Assembly (NCBI GenBank): GCA_041690595.1
Contig: JAWLHB010000002.1
Span: forward strand, 124,001 to 188,000
Source: Lentisphaeria bacterium
GTDB taxonomy: Bacteria > Verrucomicrobiota > Lentisphaeria > JABSQK01 > JAWLHB01
Reading direction: 5' to 3'
DNA length: 64,000 nucleotides
Shown piece by piece: positions 38,967 to 48,261 of this stretch. A program made the translations under genes and the position numbers. The number at the start of each line of letters is the position of its first letter. Positions within the stretch are counted from its first letter, which is position 1. The notes beneath the pieces are model-generated. The model was not told where the DNA came from and ran no database searches. It was given only the letters and a program-made list of their open reading frames with translations.

Positions 38967-39950
38967 ATGACGATTGTCCAGTTCTCCGAACGCATTGGCT
39001 TGTCGACAGCCACCATTTCCCGAGCCTTCAGCGGCAATGGCCGAATCAGCGAAACGACCCGCCTCTACGTGCGCGAGCAGGCCGCCCTGTGCGGCTACCG
39101 CCCCAACCTCCAGGCGCGCAACATGGTTCGGCGTCAGACCGAGACCATTGCCTTCTTCTACGATGCGCCGGAAAAGCTGGATTCCGACTATTATCTGGGC
39201 GAGCTGACCTGCGGGATCGGTGATGCCACCCGCGAGCGGGGGCGCTACCTGCAGACCTTCACGGTGCCTCCTGGAGCCGCGAAAGCCCCCTCCATGATGG
39301 TGGATCTCGTCCTCAGCCGCAGCATCGACGGCTTTGTGGTCAACCTGCGCCAACCCTGGGCCGAGGAACTGGTGATGGCTGCCGAAAGTCAAGCCATGCC
39401 GTATGTCTTCATCGACAACACCCGCCCCGGTGACGACGTGACCCTGAGTCTCATGGAGGAGATCGAAAAGGCCTCGTCCCAGGCAGGTGCATACCTCGTC
39501 AAGCTCGGCAGGCGCCGCCCCGCGATGATCCGCGGTATTCATGACGAAGGCAAGCTCGCCGGCTTCCGCGCCGGACTCGGTCCGCATGCCGCGCAATTGG
39601 CCGTGCACCCCGGAGGCAAGACCTTCGAAGCCGGCGGTCAGGCTGCCATCGATCTCCTCCGCGATTACCCCGCGATCGATTGCCTCTTCTGCGCCAACGA
39701 TGTCCTGGCGATCGGCGCCATCCGCGCCCTGCTGGACGCCGGATGCCATGTCCCCGAAGACGTTGCCGTGATCGGCTGCGACGACCTCGCCATGGCCCGC
39801 TACTCAGAGCCCCCACTCACCACCCTCAACCTGCCGAAGTACAACATCGGCGCGTGGAGTGTGCGCAAACTGCTCGCATTGATTGACAAAGAACCCCTTT
39901 CACACTATCCCGACCTGGCCTGCACCCTGGTGGTGCGCCGCTCGGCCTGA
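38967..39950 (+). CDS. LacI-family transcriptional regulator
   Basis: GLSTATISRAF..YRPNLQAR; FCANDVLAIG, VPEDVAVIGCDD, PPLTT. Confidence 0.92.
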   Translation: MTIVQFSERIGLSTATISRAFSGNGRISETTRLYVREQAALCGYRPNLQARNMVRRQTETIAFFYDAPEKLDSDYYLGELTCGIGDATRERGRYLQTFTVPPGAAKAPSMMVDLVLSRSIDGFVVNLRQPWAEELVMAAESQAMPYVFIDNTRPGDDVTLSLMEEIEKASSQAGAYLVKLGRRRPAMIRGIHDEGKLAGFRAGLGPHAAQLAVHPGGKTFEAGGQAAIDLLRDYPAIDCLFCANDVLAIGAIRALLDAGCHVPEDVAVIGCDDLAMARYSEPPLTTLNLPKYNIGAWSVRKLLALIDKEPLSHYPDLACTLVVRRSA

Positions 39951-39968
39951 CCCCCAGCCGGAGAACCC

Positions 39969-41087
39969 ATGGCAAACACCGATCGTCCCACATCCGCCGA
40001 CGCGCTGGTCGCGGCCCGCCACTTCGAACTGCTCGGCGAGCCACGCGATGCCCGGCCCTACGGCTCCGGCCACATCAACGACACCTTCCTCGTCGAATGC
40101 AAAGCGCGCTTTGCCGACGTCCCCTACATCCTCCAGCGCATCAATCACAACGTCTTTCCGCGCCCGGAACAGGTGATGGAGAACATCTGCCGCGTCACCG
40201 ACCACCTGCGCGCCGGGATCCTCACCCGCGGAGGCAATCCCGACCGCGAAAGCCTCACCGTTGTGCCGGCCAGCGACGGTCGCCCCTTCCACATCGACGC
40301 CAACGGCCTCTATTGGCGCGCCTACATCTTCATTATCGGCGCCCGCACCCATGACGTCCTCACCGACAACCGCCAGGCCTACCAGGCCGCCAAGGCCTTC
40401 GGCACCTTCCAGCGCCTGCTCGCCGACCTTCCCGGCGTCCCGCTGCACGAGACCATCGTCAACTTCCACCATACCCCCAGCCGCTTTGCCAAGCTGAAGA
40501 CCGCCGCCGAACTGGATGATGCCGGGCGCCTCGCCTCGTGCCGCGAGGATGTCGATTTCGCCCTCGCCCAGAAGCCGATCACCACCCTCGTCGTCGACGG
40601 CCTCGAATCGGGCGACCTCCCCTGGCGCGTCACCCACAACGACACCAAGATCAACAACGTCATGCTCGACGACTCCACCGGCGACGCCATCTGCGTGATC
40701 GACCTCGACACCGTCATGCCCGGCTCCGCCCTCTATGACTTCGGAGACCAGGTTCGCACCAGCGTCGGCCACTTCACCGAAAACGAGCGCGATCTCTCCA
40801 AGGTCTACATCGACCTCGACCGCTTCGATTGCCTCGCCCGCGGCTTCCTCGAAAGCGCCGGCGAATCCCTGGTGCCGGCCGAAATCGACAACCTCGCCTT
40901 TGCCGGCATCCTCATCACCTACATGATCGGCATCCGCTTCCTCGCCGACTACCTCGAGGGCGACGTCTATTTCAAGACCCACCGCCCCGACGAAAATCTC
41001 GACCGCGCCCGCACCCAGTTTGCCCTCGTCAAGGACATGCAGAAGCAGCGCAACAAAATGGACGCCATCGTCCGCAACTATCGCTGA
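39969..41087 (+). CDS. APH-family phosphotransferase, N-acetylhexosamine 1-kinase-like
   Basis: GSGHINDTF, ILQRIN, THNDTKINN, VIDLDTVMPG, RFLADYLEGDVYFK. Confidence 0.85.
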   Translation: MANTDRPTSADALVAARHFELLGEPRDARPYGSGHINDTFLVECKARFADVPYILQRINHNVFPRPEQVMENICRVTDHLRAGILTRGGNPDRESLTVVPASDGRPFHIDANGLYWRAYIFIIGARTHDVLTDNRQAYQAAKAFGTFQRLLADLPGVPLHETIVNFHHTPSRFAKLKTAAELDDAGRLASCREDVDFALAQKPITTLVVDGLESGDLPWRVTHNDTKINNVMLDDSTGDAICVIDLDTVMPGSALYDFGDQVRTSVGHFTENERDLSKVYIDLDRFDCLARGFLESAGESLVPAEIDNLAFAGILITYMIGIRFLADYLEGDVYFKTHRPDENLDRARTQFALVKDMQKQRNKMDAIVRNYR

Positions 41088-41123
41088 CCACCTCCACCAC
41101 CATACCGCAAAAGGAGCAACCCC

Positions 41124-42503
41124 ATGCCCAACGCAACATCCATCCTCGACACCCTCGACCCGCGCTTCCAGCCCGCCGTCATCCTCAACCGCAACTATCG
41201 CCGCAAAGTCGCCGCCGCCAGCCAGACCGAGCGCCTCGCCATCGCCGTCGAACGCGAAAATGGCCTCACCAGCCGGCATGACATCGACCTCATCGACGTC
41301 TCCACCGCCGAGACCCTGATGCACGTCGACCGCCACCTCAAGTTCATCCTCTGGGCGCAGGGCGGCTGGAAGGTCTACCTTCAGGGCCCCCAGACCATAT
41401 GCGAGAGCATCCGGAGCGCCTATGCCTCCGGCGGTTCCCGCGCCTTCGATGCCGACATCATGAAGCGCGTCTACGACAAGCCCCTCGAAGTCGTCATCGT
41501 CGACCGCCAGAGTGCCATGCCCGAGGAAAAGGAAATCGGCATGTCCCTCGGCGGCCACCTCGACGGCTGCCGCATCGGCTTCGACCTCGGCGCCAGCGAC
41601 TACAAGCTCGCCGCCGTCCAGGATGGCGAAGCCATCTTCAGCACCGAGATTCGCTGGAATCCCGTAGGCGAAAGCGATCCCGACTACCACTACAGCCGGA
41701 TCAGCGAAGGGCTCAAGCTCGCCGCCGAAAAGCTCCCGCGCGTCGATGCCATCGGCGGCAGCAGCGCTGGCATCTATGTCGCCAACCAGGTCAAAGTCGC
41801 CTCCCTCTTCCGCGCCGTCCCGCAGGAGATCTTCAACCAGCGCGTGAAGCCCATGTTCCAGCGTCTCCAGAAAGAGTGGAACGTCCCCCTCATCGTCGTC
41901 AACGATGGCGACGTTACCGCCCTCGCCGGCGCCATGAGCCTCGAACGCAACGGCATGCTCGGCATCGCCCTCGGCTCCAGCGAAGCCGTCGGTTACATTG
42001 ACGGACAGGGCCGCATCACCGGCTGGCTCAACGAACTCGCCTTCGCTCCCGTCGACTTCAACCCCGGGGCCGCGGTCGACGAGTGGTCCGGCGATTTCGG
42101 CGTCGGCGCCCTCTACTTCTCCCAGCAAGCCGTCAACAAGCTTGCTCCCGCCGCCGGCATCACCTTCCCCCAGGAGATGCTCCTGCCCGAACGCCTCAAG
42201 CAGGTGCAGACCCTCGCCGACAACGGCGACGCCAATGCCCTCAAGATCTTCACCACCATCGGCGTCTACCTCGGCTACTCCCTCGTTCACTACAGCGACT
42301 ACTACGACTTCGAGAACGTCCTCCTGCTCGGCCGCGTCACCAGTGGCCGCGGCGGTGAAGAAATTCTCGACAACGCCAAGGCGATCCTCGCCGCCGAGTT
42401 CCCCGAGTTCAACGAGAAGGTGACCATCCACGTGCCCGACGAAAAGAGCCGGCGCGTCGGTCAGGCCGTAGCTGCCGCCTCCCTGCCCGAAAGCGGCAGG
42501 TAA
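41124..42503 (+). CDS. ROK family protein with N-terminal extension
   Basis: IGFDLGAS, VNDGDVTALAG, GIALGSS, NELAF. Confidence 0.8.
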   Translation: MPNATSILDTLDPRFQPAVILNRNYRRKVAAASQTERLAIAVERENGLTSRHDIDLIDVSTAETLMHVDRHLKFILWAQGGWKVYLQGPQTICESIRSAYASGGSRAFDADIMKRVYDKPLEVVIVDRQSAMPEEKEIGMSLGGHLDGCRIGFDLGASDYKLAAVQDGEAIFSTEIRWNPVGESDPDYHYSRISEGLKLAAEKLPRVDAIGGSSAGIYVANQVKVASLFRAVPQEIFNQRVKPMFQRLQKEWNVPLIVVNDGDVTALAGAMSLERNGMLGIALGSSEAVGYIDGQGRITGWLNELAFAPVDFNPGAAVDEWSGDFGVGALYFSQQAVNKLAPAAGITFPQEMLLPERLKQVQTLADNGDANALKIFTTIGVYLGYSLVHYSDYYDFENVLLLGRVTSGRGGEEILDNAKAILAAEFPEFNEKVTIHVPDEKSRRVGQAVAAASLPESGR

Positions 42504-42512
42504 TCCCTCCCA

Positions 42513-42547
42513 GCGCGCAGGACCGCACCACCCCCGGTCCTGCGCGC
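42513..42547 (+). terminator. GC-rich hairpin after the ROK gene (possible terminator)
   Basis: GCGCGCAGGACCG...CGGTCCTGCGCGC stem; no clear U tract. Confidence 0.5.
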
Positions 42548-42711
42548 CACGGGATCTCCGTGTGTCCATGTCCCCGTTTCCCCCCATCTCCGCGTCTCCG
42601 TCCATACTGTCTCCTTTTGCCCCCTCAAACATTAGGCTGCGTCCCCCCAATCGCATAAGCTCCGCGCCTCAGTGTTCCGCGTTCTTCATGCCCTTCACTG
42701 TGCCATTTCCT

Positions 42712-42925
42712 GCCTCTCCCATCTCCGTGCCTCCGTGTCTACGTGGTTCCCCCCGCTCGTTCTTTGCGATCTCTGCGTTCTTTGTGGTTAATTCCTGCCG
42801 CGTCCTCATCCCCAGCCGTGCGTTCAATCCCCCTGCTACTTCGTGGCAACACCCGCCCCCACCTTCATGGTGCCAACCCCTGCCTCTCCCATCTCCGTGC
42901 CTCCGTGTCTCCGTGGTTCCCCCCG
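42712..42925 (+). repeat. Junction repeat copy 1 (42712-42805) plus partial copy (42882-42925)
   Basis: GCCTCTCCCATCTCCGTGCCTCCGTGTCT.CGTGGT...TGCGATCTCTGCGTTCTTTGTGGTTAATTCCTGCCGCGTCC. Confidence 0.9.
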
Positions 42926-42943
42926 CCCACCCGCGTCTCCGCG

Positions 42944-44263
42944 TCACTTCCAGAAGGCCGGAAGTGACGAGGCGGTAACCGGGGGAAAGAGCTCACAAAC
43001 CAGATACCCGAGGGCGGTGGTCACATGCTGCTCGTAGCTCTCCTCTTCCTGATAGCCGGAGCCGGGATGCAGCCGGACCGTCTCCAGCCCTTTGGCCAGC
43101 GTACGACAACGCGGGTGCAAGCGCAGGCGGCAGTCCCCATCCGCCGAGCCCAGAAGCGAGTTGACGGCATTGTGGCGATTGCGCACCGGCGGATTGCAGC
43201 CGGCTACCTGCTGCCGGTGAAAGCCCGCCGCCCGCAGGAGTGTGTAGTCCGTGTGGCCGCTGCGCGTATCCCGAGCCCTGCCGCTGGCGTCACCAAAGAT
43301 CCAGACACGATCATCGGGAAAGCCATACTGGCGAGCGCGAAATTCCGCAATGGCGGCAGTCGTATCCGCGGTCTCCAGCACAATCTCGTCCAGCACATGC
43401 AGCTCCGGGCGCACGCCACCACGCGGACCTCCCCTCACCCGTCGCTGCTGGCAGATCACCGAACTCATCGGCTTGCCGCTGCCGATATTGAAGTCGTGCG
43501 ACCAGATGATCGGCAGATGCGGATCGAACTCGAGCGAATCGTCCACATGACGCCTTCGGTCGAAGCCATGATAGATCGCCCCCTCCGCCAGCGAAACCCA
43601 CTTGGCCAGAACCATCCGCTCGAACAGGCGCGGGTGATAGCTCTTCTTCAGCGACTCTATATAATGGGCCGGCAGGTTGTGCGCATTGTCGTACGTGCTC
43701 GCGTAAATGACCTCCATCCATTCCGGATCGTGGCGCGACACCACCATCTCGTGCATCCATCCGCCCGGTTCATCCAGCGTTGTCGTCATCAGCGCCTGGT
43801 GATGTGGGGCGCGCGGATCCCGCAGGCGCGCCATCAACAGATCGATCGCCGCGCGGGAACTCTGCCACGTTTCATCCGCCCACCACCAGCCCACCTCGAT
43901 ACCGGCAAGCAACTCCACCGATTCAAGCGAACGGCAGAGGATCTCAGCCCAGTGGTTGCCCACCCGGATGCGCAGGGTAAAAGGACGATGGCTGCCGGGC
44001 AACTGGGCAGGCTCCAGTTTCAGACCAGCCGCCTGCAGGTTGCGGTAGACCTTGCGCAGGGTCGAGTCGATCAACTGACCATAGCTGTTGGCGCAGATCA
44101 GGCCAAGTACCCCCGGCGGCATCCTCTGCACCTGATGCAAGATCCACATCGCGCCGACATCCGTCTTGCCGGTTCCGACCCCACCGCCCAGGAAGATCAT
44201 CGGCCGCCGGCTGTTGAGCACCTGCCATTGGTGTGGAAGCGCCTTGTACGTATGGACAGCCAT
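42944..44263 (-). CDS. terL: Phage terminase large subunit
   Basis: LPHQ, Walker A GGVGTGKT, Walker B WWWADE, TTT, STYDN..LP..YIESL, nuclease SHDFN / VLDEI / GDASG, QHVTTALGY. Confidence 0.88.
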   Translation of the reverse strand: MAVHTYKALPHQWQVLNSRRPMIFLGGGVGTGKTDVGAMWILHQVQRMPPGVLGLICANSYGQLIDSTLRKVYRNLQAAGLKLEPAQLPGSHRPFTLRIRVGNHWAEILCRSLESVELLAGIEVGWWWADETWQSSRAAIDLLMARLRDPRAPHHQALMTTTLDEPGGWMHEMVVSRHDPEWMEVIYASTYDNAHNLPAHYIESLKKSYHPRLFERMVLAKWVSLAEGAIYHGFDRRRHVDDSLEFDPHLPIIWSHDFNIGSGKPMSSVICQQRRVRGGPRGGVRPELHVLDEIVLETADTTAAIAEFRARQYGFPDDRVWIFGDASGRARDTRSGHTDYTLLRAAGFHRQQVAGCNPPVRNRHNAVNSLLGSADGDCRLRLHPRCRTLAKGLETVRLHPGSGYQEEESYEQHVTTALGYLVCELFPPVTASSLPAFWK

Positions 44264-44264
44264 A

Positions 44265-44594
44265 TCAGCCCTCCTCCCCGCGCCCGGCGGCGCGATCATC
44301 CTGAACAAACTGCACCGTAAACGTCTCCCCCTCGTCAGCCTCAGGCACCACCCACCCCAGCCAGGTCGCCAGCATCTGCATCGCGCGCATCTTGTCGTAA
44401 GGCTTGATCTTGATCTTCTTCTCTCCGTTGGCCAAAATCTGGACATTCAGTTCTTGCACCGCATGTGCGTACCGCGGCGGCAGCGAGAGATTGTCCTCAT
44501 CCAGAAATTCGTGGGCACACGCGCGTATCATCTCCGTCAGGATCTGATGGCATTCTTCGGCACTGGCAATAGCGGAACGCTCACTCTTCATCAT
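44265..44594 (-). CDS. Terminase small subunit-like protein apparently lacking the N-terminal HTH
   Basis: Directly upstream of terL; KIKIKPYDKMRAMQMLATWLG matches the TerS C-terminal K.KL.DK..AL..L...LG pattern. Confidence 0.65.
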   Translation of the reverse strand: MMKSERSAIASAEECHQILTEMIRACAHEFLDEDNLSLPPRYAHAVQELNVQILANGEKKIKIKPYDKMRAMQMLATWLGWVVPEADEGETFTVQFVQDDRAAGRGEEG

Positions 44595-44655
44595 GATTAA
44601 CCTCATTGTTAAGGCCGGCACCCTCTCCCGAAAGCAGGCCGGCCGGATGGTAACT

Positions 44656-45051
44656 TCAGCGCGCAAGCTGCGGCAACATGCCGCGGCTCTCAAGATCGCA
44701 CGGATCCAGTTCGAGCAACGCCAGAATGCGCTCCGTCTGCACGAGCAGCCGCGCCGCCAACTGGTGAAAAATCGGATCGCCGGCCAGCGGGCTTTCCATC
44801 AGCAGCTCGCGCGCCTGGTAGAACTCCCACGCTGCCGCTTCCAGCGCCTCCTCGCACGAACCCAACTCCAGCTTCAGCCTCTCCACCGCAAACTGCTCGT
44901 CTTCCTCGTCTTCCTCGTCCTCCTCGTCGAGCACCACCAGAGGCACTTCCACCACCGGCCACCCAAGTTCCCACTCCGTCACCTCATCTTCCTCGTACGC
45001 CACCTCATCGTCCTCCGGCCATTCATCGTCCAACCACCACAAATCGTTCAT
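44656..45051 (-). CDS. Small highly acidic hypothetical protein
   Basis: GGAG RBS; 26 of the first 52 residues are D/E and none are K/R. Confidence 0.6.
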   Translation of the reverse strand: MNDLWWLDDEWPEDDEVAYEEDEVTEWELGWPVVEVPLVVLDEEDEEDEEDEQFAVERLKLELGSCEEALEAAAWEFYQARELLMESPLAGDPIFHQLAARLLVQTERILALLELDPCDLESRGMLPQLAR

Positions 45052-45360
45052 TGCCCTCTCCGATCCTTAGTGTTACTCTTGATAAACCTGGTAAGTTAGT
45101 CGACAGGCACACCGAATCCCCTCTTCTGAAACACTCTCAGTGGATCATCCCGCACCCCCAACGACCAACTCGACCCCATCTCACCACACAGCCAATATAA
45201 CCTATAAGTTGTAACCTGCAAATCCATTTCCACAATATTTTTTCTTGACAGCAGAGTTAACCGGGTTAGGGTATGGGTAAAGAGGGGATACCCGGCTATA
45301 ACTTTTCCGGCACCAAAGGCGACTCTGCCTTCTGCCGCCAACCTATGAGGAAGAGAGATT

Positions 45361-46221
45361 ATGGAACTGACTGAAGAGATCCGCGACGCGCTCAAGACCG
45401 CGGTGCAGAAACTTGGCTCCCAGGCGGAAGTCTCCCGTCATTCGGGATTGCACGAGGTTTATGTCGGCCGCTATCTGAGCGGCAAGAACCGGACCATTTC
45501 CGATTCGAGCGCCGCCAAGCTGATCCACATGCTGCAGTCGCTCAATATCAACATCCCCATCCGCGAGCCGCGGAACGTCATCCCCAACAGCCCCGAACTC
45601 CGCTGTTTCGTCCAGAATGCCATGATCGATGCCGGCATTCAGTACCCCGCCCTCGCGCGCGCCTCCAACATGAAGCCCGATACCCTGCGCCGCCTGCTCA
45701 AGGGCGAACTCTCCACCTGGTTCCCAGGTAACCTCGCCGCCCTCCTCACCCAACTCGGCCAGGGATTCGATACCGCCCCCCTCACCGACTCCGAGCGCGA
45801 ACTCCTCCATCCCGCCCACGCCGACGGTGGCATCCCAACTCGGCCATGCTGGGTCTTCACCATGGCACAGGCCGCTGAGTTCAAGGACATCTACGTCCCC
45901 GTCGAACCCGAAAGCACCTGGGGTTGCGAAGTCATCCCCATCACCGACGGACGCGACTGCATCGCCTTCCGCGTCGAAGGCGGCTCCATGGAACCCAAAT
46001 TCTACGCCGGTGACATTGTCATCTGCGACAAGCACGCCGAACTCGTCAACAGCAAGCCAGTCGTCTGCAAGATCGAAGACGAAGTCGTCTGCAAGATCTA
46101 CAGCCGCATCGGCAAGACCGTCCTCCTCCAGAGCGTCCATCCCGATGGCCGCAACTATGAGGTGAAGGCAACCGATCTGGATTGGTGCATCCGCGTCATC
46201 CGCTTCCAGCGCGACGAGTAG
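45361..46221 (+). CDS. Phage-repressor-like protein: two XRE-type HTH domains plus S24 (LexA/CI) peptidase
   Basis: SQAEVSRHSG..VGRYLSG, YPALARASNM..LRRLLKG; FRVEGGSMEP (Ser) and VVCKIY (Lys). Confidence 0.85.
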   Translation: MELTEEIRDALKTAVQKLGSQAEVSRHSGLHEVYVGRYLSGKNRTISDSSAAKLIHMLQSLNINIPIREPRNVIPNSPELRCFVQNAMIDAGIQYPALARASNMKPDTLRRLLKGELSTWFPGNLAALLTQLGQGFDTAPLTDSERELLHPAHADGGIPTRPCWVFTMAQAAEFKDIYVPVEPESTWGCEVIPITDGRDCIAFRVEGGSMEPKFYAGDIVICDKHAELVNSKPVVCKIEDEVVCKIYSRIGKTVLLQSVHPDGRNYEVKATDLDWCIRVIRFQRDE

Positions 46222-46271
46222 CCCCCGGCCGTCACGACCTTCCCCTGCCGGAGATCTTTGAGCACCCAGCC

Positions 46272-46358
46272 CAGATCCGTCTAATCCGTCTGATCCGTCT
46301 GATCCGCCTGATCCGCCTGATCCGCCTGATCCGCCTGATCCGCCTGATCCGCCTGATC
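46272..46358 (+). repeat. 9-bp tandem repeat (CTGATCCGY) x9 plus a partial unit
   Basis: CAGATCCGT CTAATCCGT CTGATCCGT then six CTGATCCGC. Confidence 0.95.
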
Positions 46359-46409
46359 TCCCCGCTTCCCCCCACTCGCCTCACTGTTTCATTGTAGAGG
46401 ACCTTATCC

Positions 46410-47288
46410 ATGGCGCAGATCGATCATCCCTATTCCAATCTCACTGGCGGCAACTGGTTGCTGGGCAACCTGCACACCCACACGACCCGAAGCGATGGCC
46501 AGCGGCCACCGCAGGCCGTCATTGACGAATACGCCCAGCGCGGACACGGCTTCCTCATGCTCTCCGATCACGATTGCTTTGCCGATGAAGCCTTTCTGGA
46601 CAGCCTCGACAGCCGCGGCATGATCCTGCTGCCGGGCAACGAGATTTCGGCCAAGGGGCCGCACATGCTGCAGGTCGGCGGCACCGAAAAGGCGGAGCCC
46701 GTGGAGGATCGTCAGGCGATCATCGAGGCGGCGATCGCGGCTGACTCCTTTGTCATCTGCAATCACCCGAACTGGGGCCCCCGGTTCAACCATTTCCCTC
46801 AGGAGCTGCTGGAGACCCTCGTCAACTATATCGGCATCGAAGTCTACAACGGTGTCATCGGTCGGCTGCAGGGAAGTCCCTATGCCAGCGATCGCTGGCA
46901 GTTGCTGCTCGACCTGGGCCGCCGCATCTGGGGCTTTGCCAACGATGATAGCCACAAGGCCGAAGGCGACACCGGCCATGGCTGGAACGTCGCCTATGTG
47001 CATGAGGCCAGCCGGGAGGGCGTCCTCGAAGCTCTGCGCAACGGACGCTTCTACGGATCGACCGGCGTCGTCATCAACAAGGTCGAAGTCGCCGGCAACC
47101 GCATCACCATCGGCACGGAAAACGCCGAGCGCATCACCGCGCTGGGCCAGATGGCCATCCGCTTTGCCGTCGCCGACGGCCCCGAGATCACCGTCGAAGT
47201 GCCGGAGACGGCCACTCAGGTGCGATTCGAATGCTGGGGCCGCGGCGAGCAGTTCGCCTGGACCCAGCCATTCTGGATCACCCCCTGA
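46410..47288 (+). CDS. PHP-domain metallohydrolase (CehA/McbA-like)
   Basis: GNLHTHTTRSDG, SDH, GNE, NHP, IEVYN, ANDDSH. Confidence 0.85.
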   Translation: MAQIDHPYSNLTGGNWLLGNLHTHTTRSDGQRPPQAVIDEYAQRGHGFLMLSDHDCFADEAFLDSLDSRGMILLPGNEISAKGPHMLQVGGTEKAEPVEDRQAIIEAAIAADSFVICNHPNWGPRFNHFPQELLETLVNYIGIEVYNGVIGRLQGSPYASDRWQLLLDLGRRIWGFANDDSHKAEGDTGHGWNVAYVHEASREGVLEALRNGRFYGSTGVVINKVEVAGNRITIGTENAERITALGQMAIRFAVADGPEITVEVPETATQVRFECWGRGEQFAWTQPFWITP

Positions 47289-47956
47289 CAATCGCCCGAC
47301 TGTACAACCTTTCGGGCACCTCGGCGGAAACTGTCTTGCCAGACCGACACTTCGGCAACAGGGCGTGACGGGTCGACACGACTGATACCGCACTGTATAC
47401 TTTTTTTCCCTGCGTGACACGACGCCTTCTCCCCCAAAATGGTACACTTGGCATCGGTGATGCATAAGTAACAATTGGCCGTGCACGTTGTACGGTCGTT
47501 CAGCATCAACTGTCCAGCCGCAGGTGAAGAGTGATCCAGAACATGCAGAGTGACTACGGCTGAACGGCAAGTTGGTAAGCCGTTACGCAGGTGCGGTTCA
47601 GGAACGGCGATCCCGCACCAGTCACTGCCATGAGGTACCCCCCAACGTCGCACATAATGATGGCATCTCCCGACGAAGGTGCCACGGTGACCGCGGAATT
47701 AACGGATACACGACAGACATGGCAGTGCAGCGATACTAACGGCGACGGGCATGGCATCGATTAGGTGTCATGCCCGTCTTTTTTTCCTCTGACATACCCT
47801 GGCTTCCTGCGCTCCCCGCGTCCGGGCCCGCCCCCCTTGCCATTCTTCGGTCCAGTTCAGGCCGTTGCCCCTAACGGCCTGCTTCTTGCCCTCCACCCGC
47901 CAAACTTCCAACCCATCCTTCGTGGCCCTTCGCGCTCTTCATGGTGCTAATCCCCC

Positions 47957-48082
47957 GCCTCTCCCATCTCCGTGCCTCCGTGCCTCCGTGCCTCCGTGGT
48001 TTCCTGCCCTCCCCGTGTCCTCTCCGGTCCCGTTCCCCTGCTGCGATCTCTGCGTTCTTTGTGGTTAATTCCTGCCGCGTCC
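47957..48082 (+). repeat. Junction repeat copy 2
   Basis: Same two blocks as copy 1, with an extra CTCCGTGC unit. Confidence 0.9.
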
Positions 48083-48261
48083 CCGTCTCCCCGCGCCCTA
48101 CGCCCAAGCTTAATGCTCTGTCTCCCGTTGGAGTGCTTTGCATCGTTGCGTTGTCGCATTACATTCGCTTCTTGGTAACTATACTTCTGGTGCAACACGT
48201 GTCGAGCAGAGGGATACAGTGGAGACGATGGTCACTATGATTGAAGCAGGAGCCGCCTGAC

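Noticed and set aside
39900..42656. 918-aa minus-strand ORF (likewise 8246-10240, 32227-34416, 52877-55357 and many shorter ones)
   Set aside because: These are antisense shadows of well-supported genes, expected from high-GC codon bias, and have no recognisable motifs.
46182..46397. ORF with (LIR)n repeats, or a CRISPR-like array
   Set aside because: It is a translation of the 9-bp tandem repeat; there are no spacers and no cas genes.
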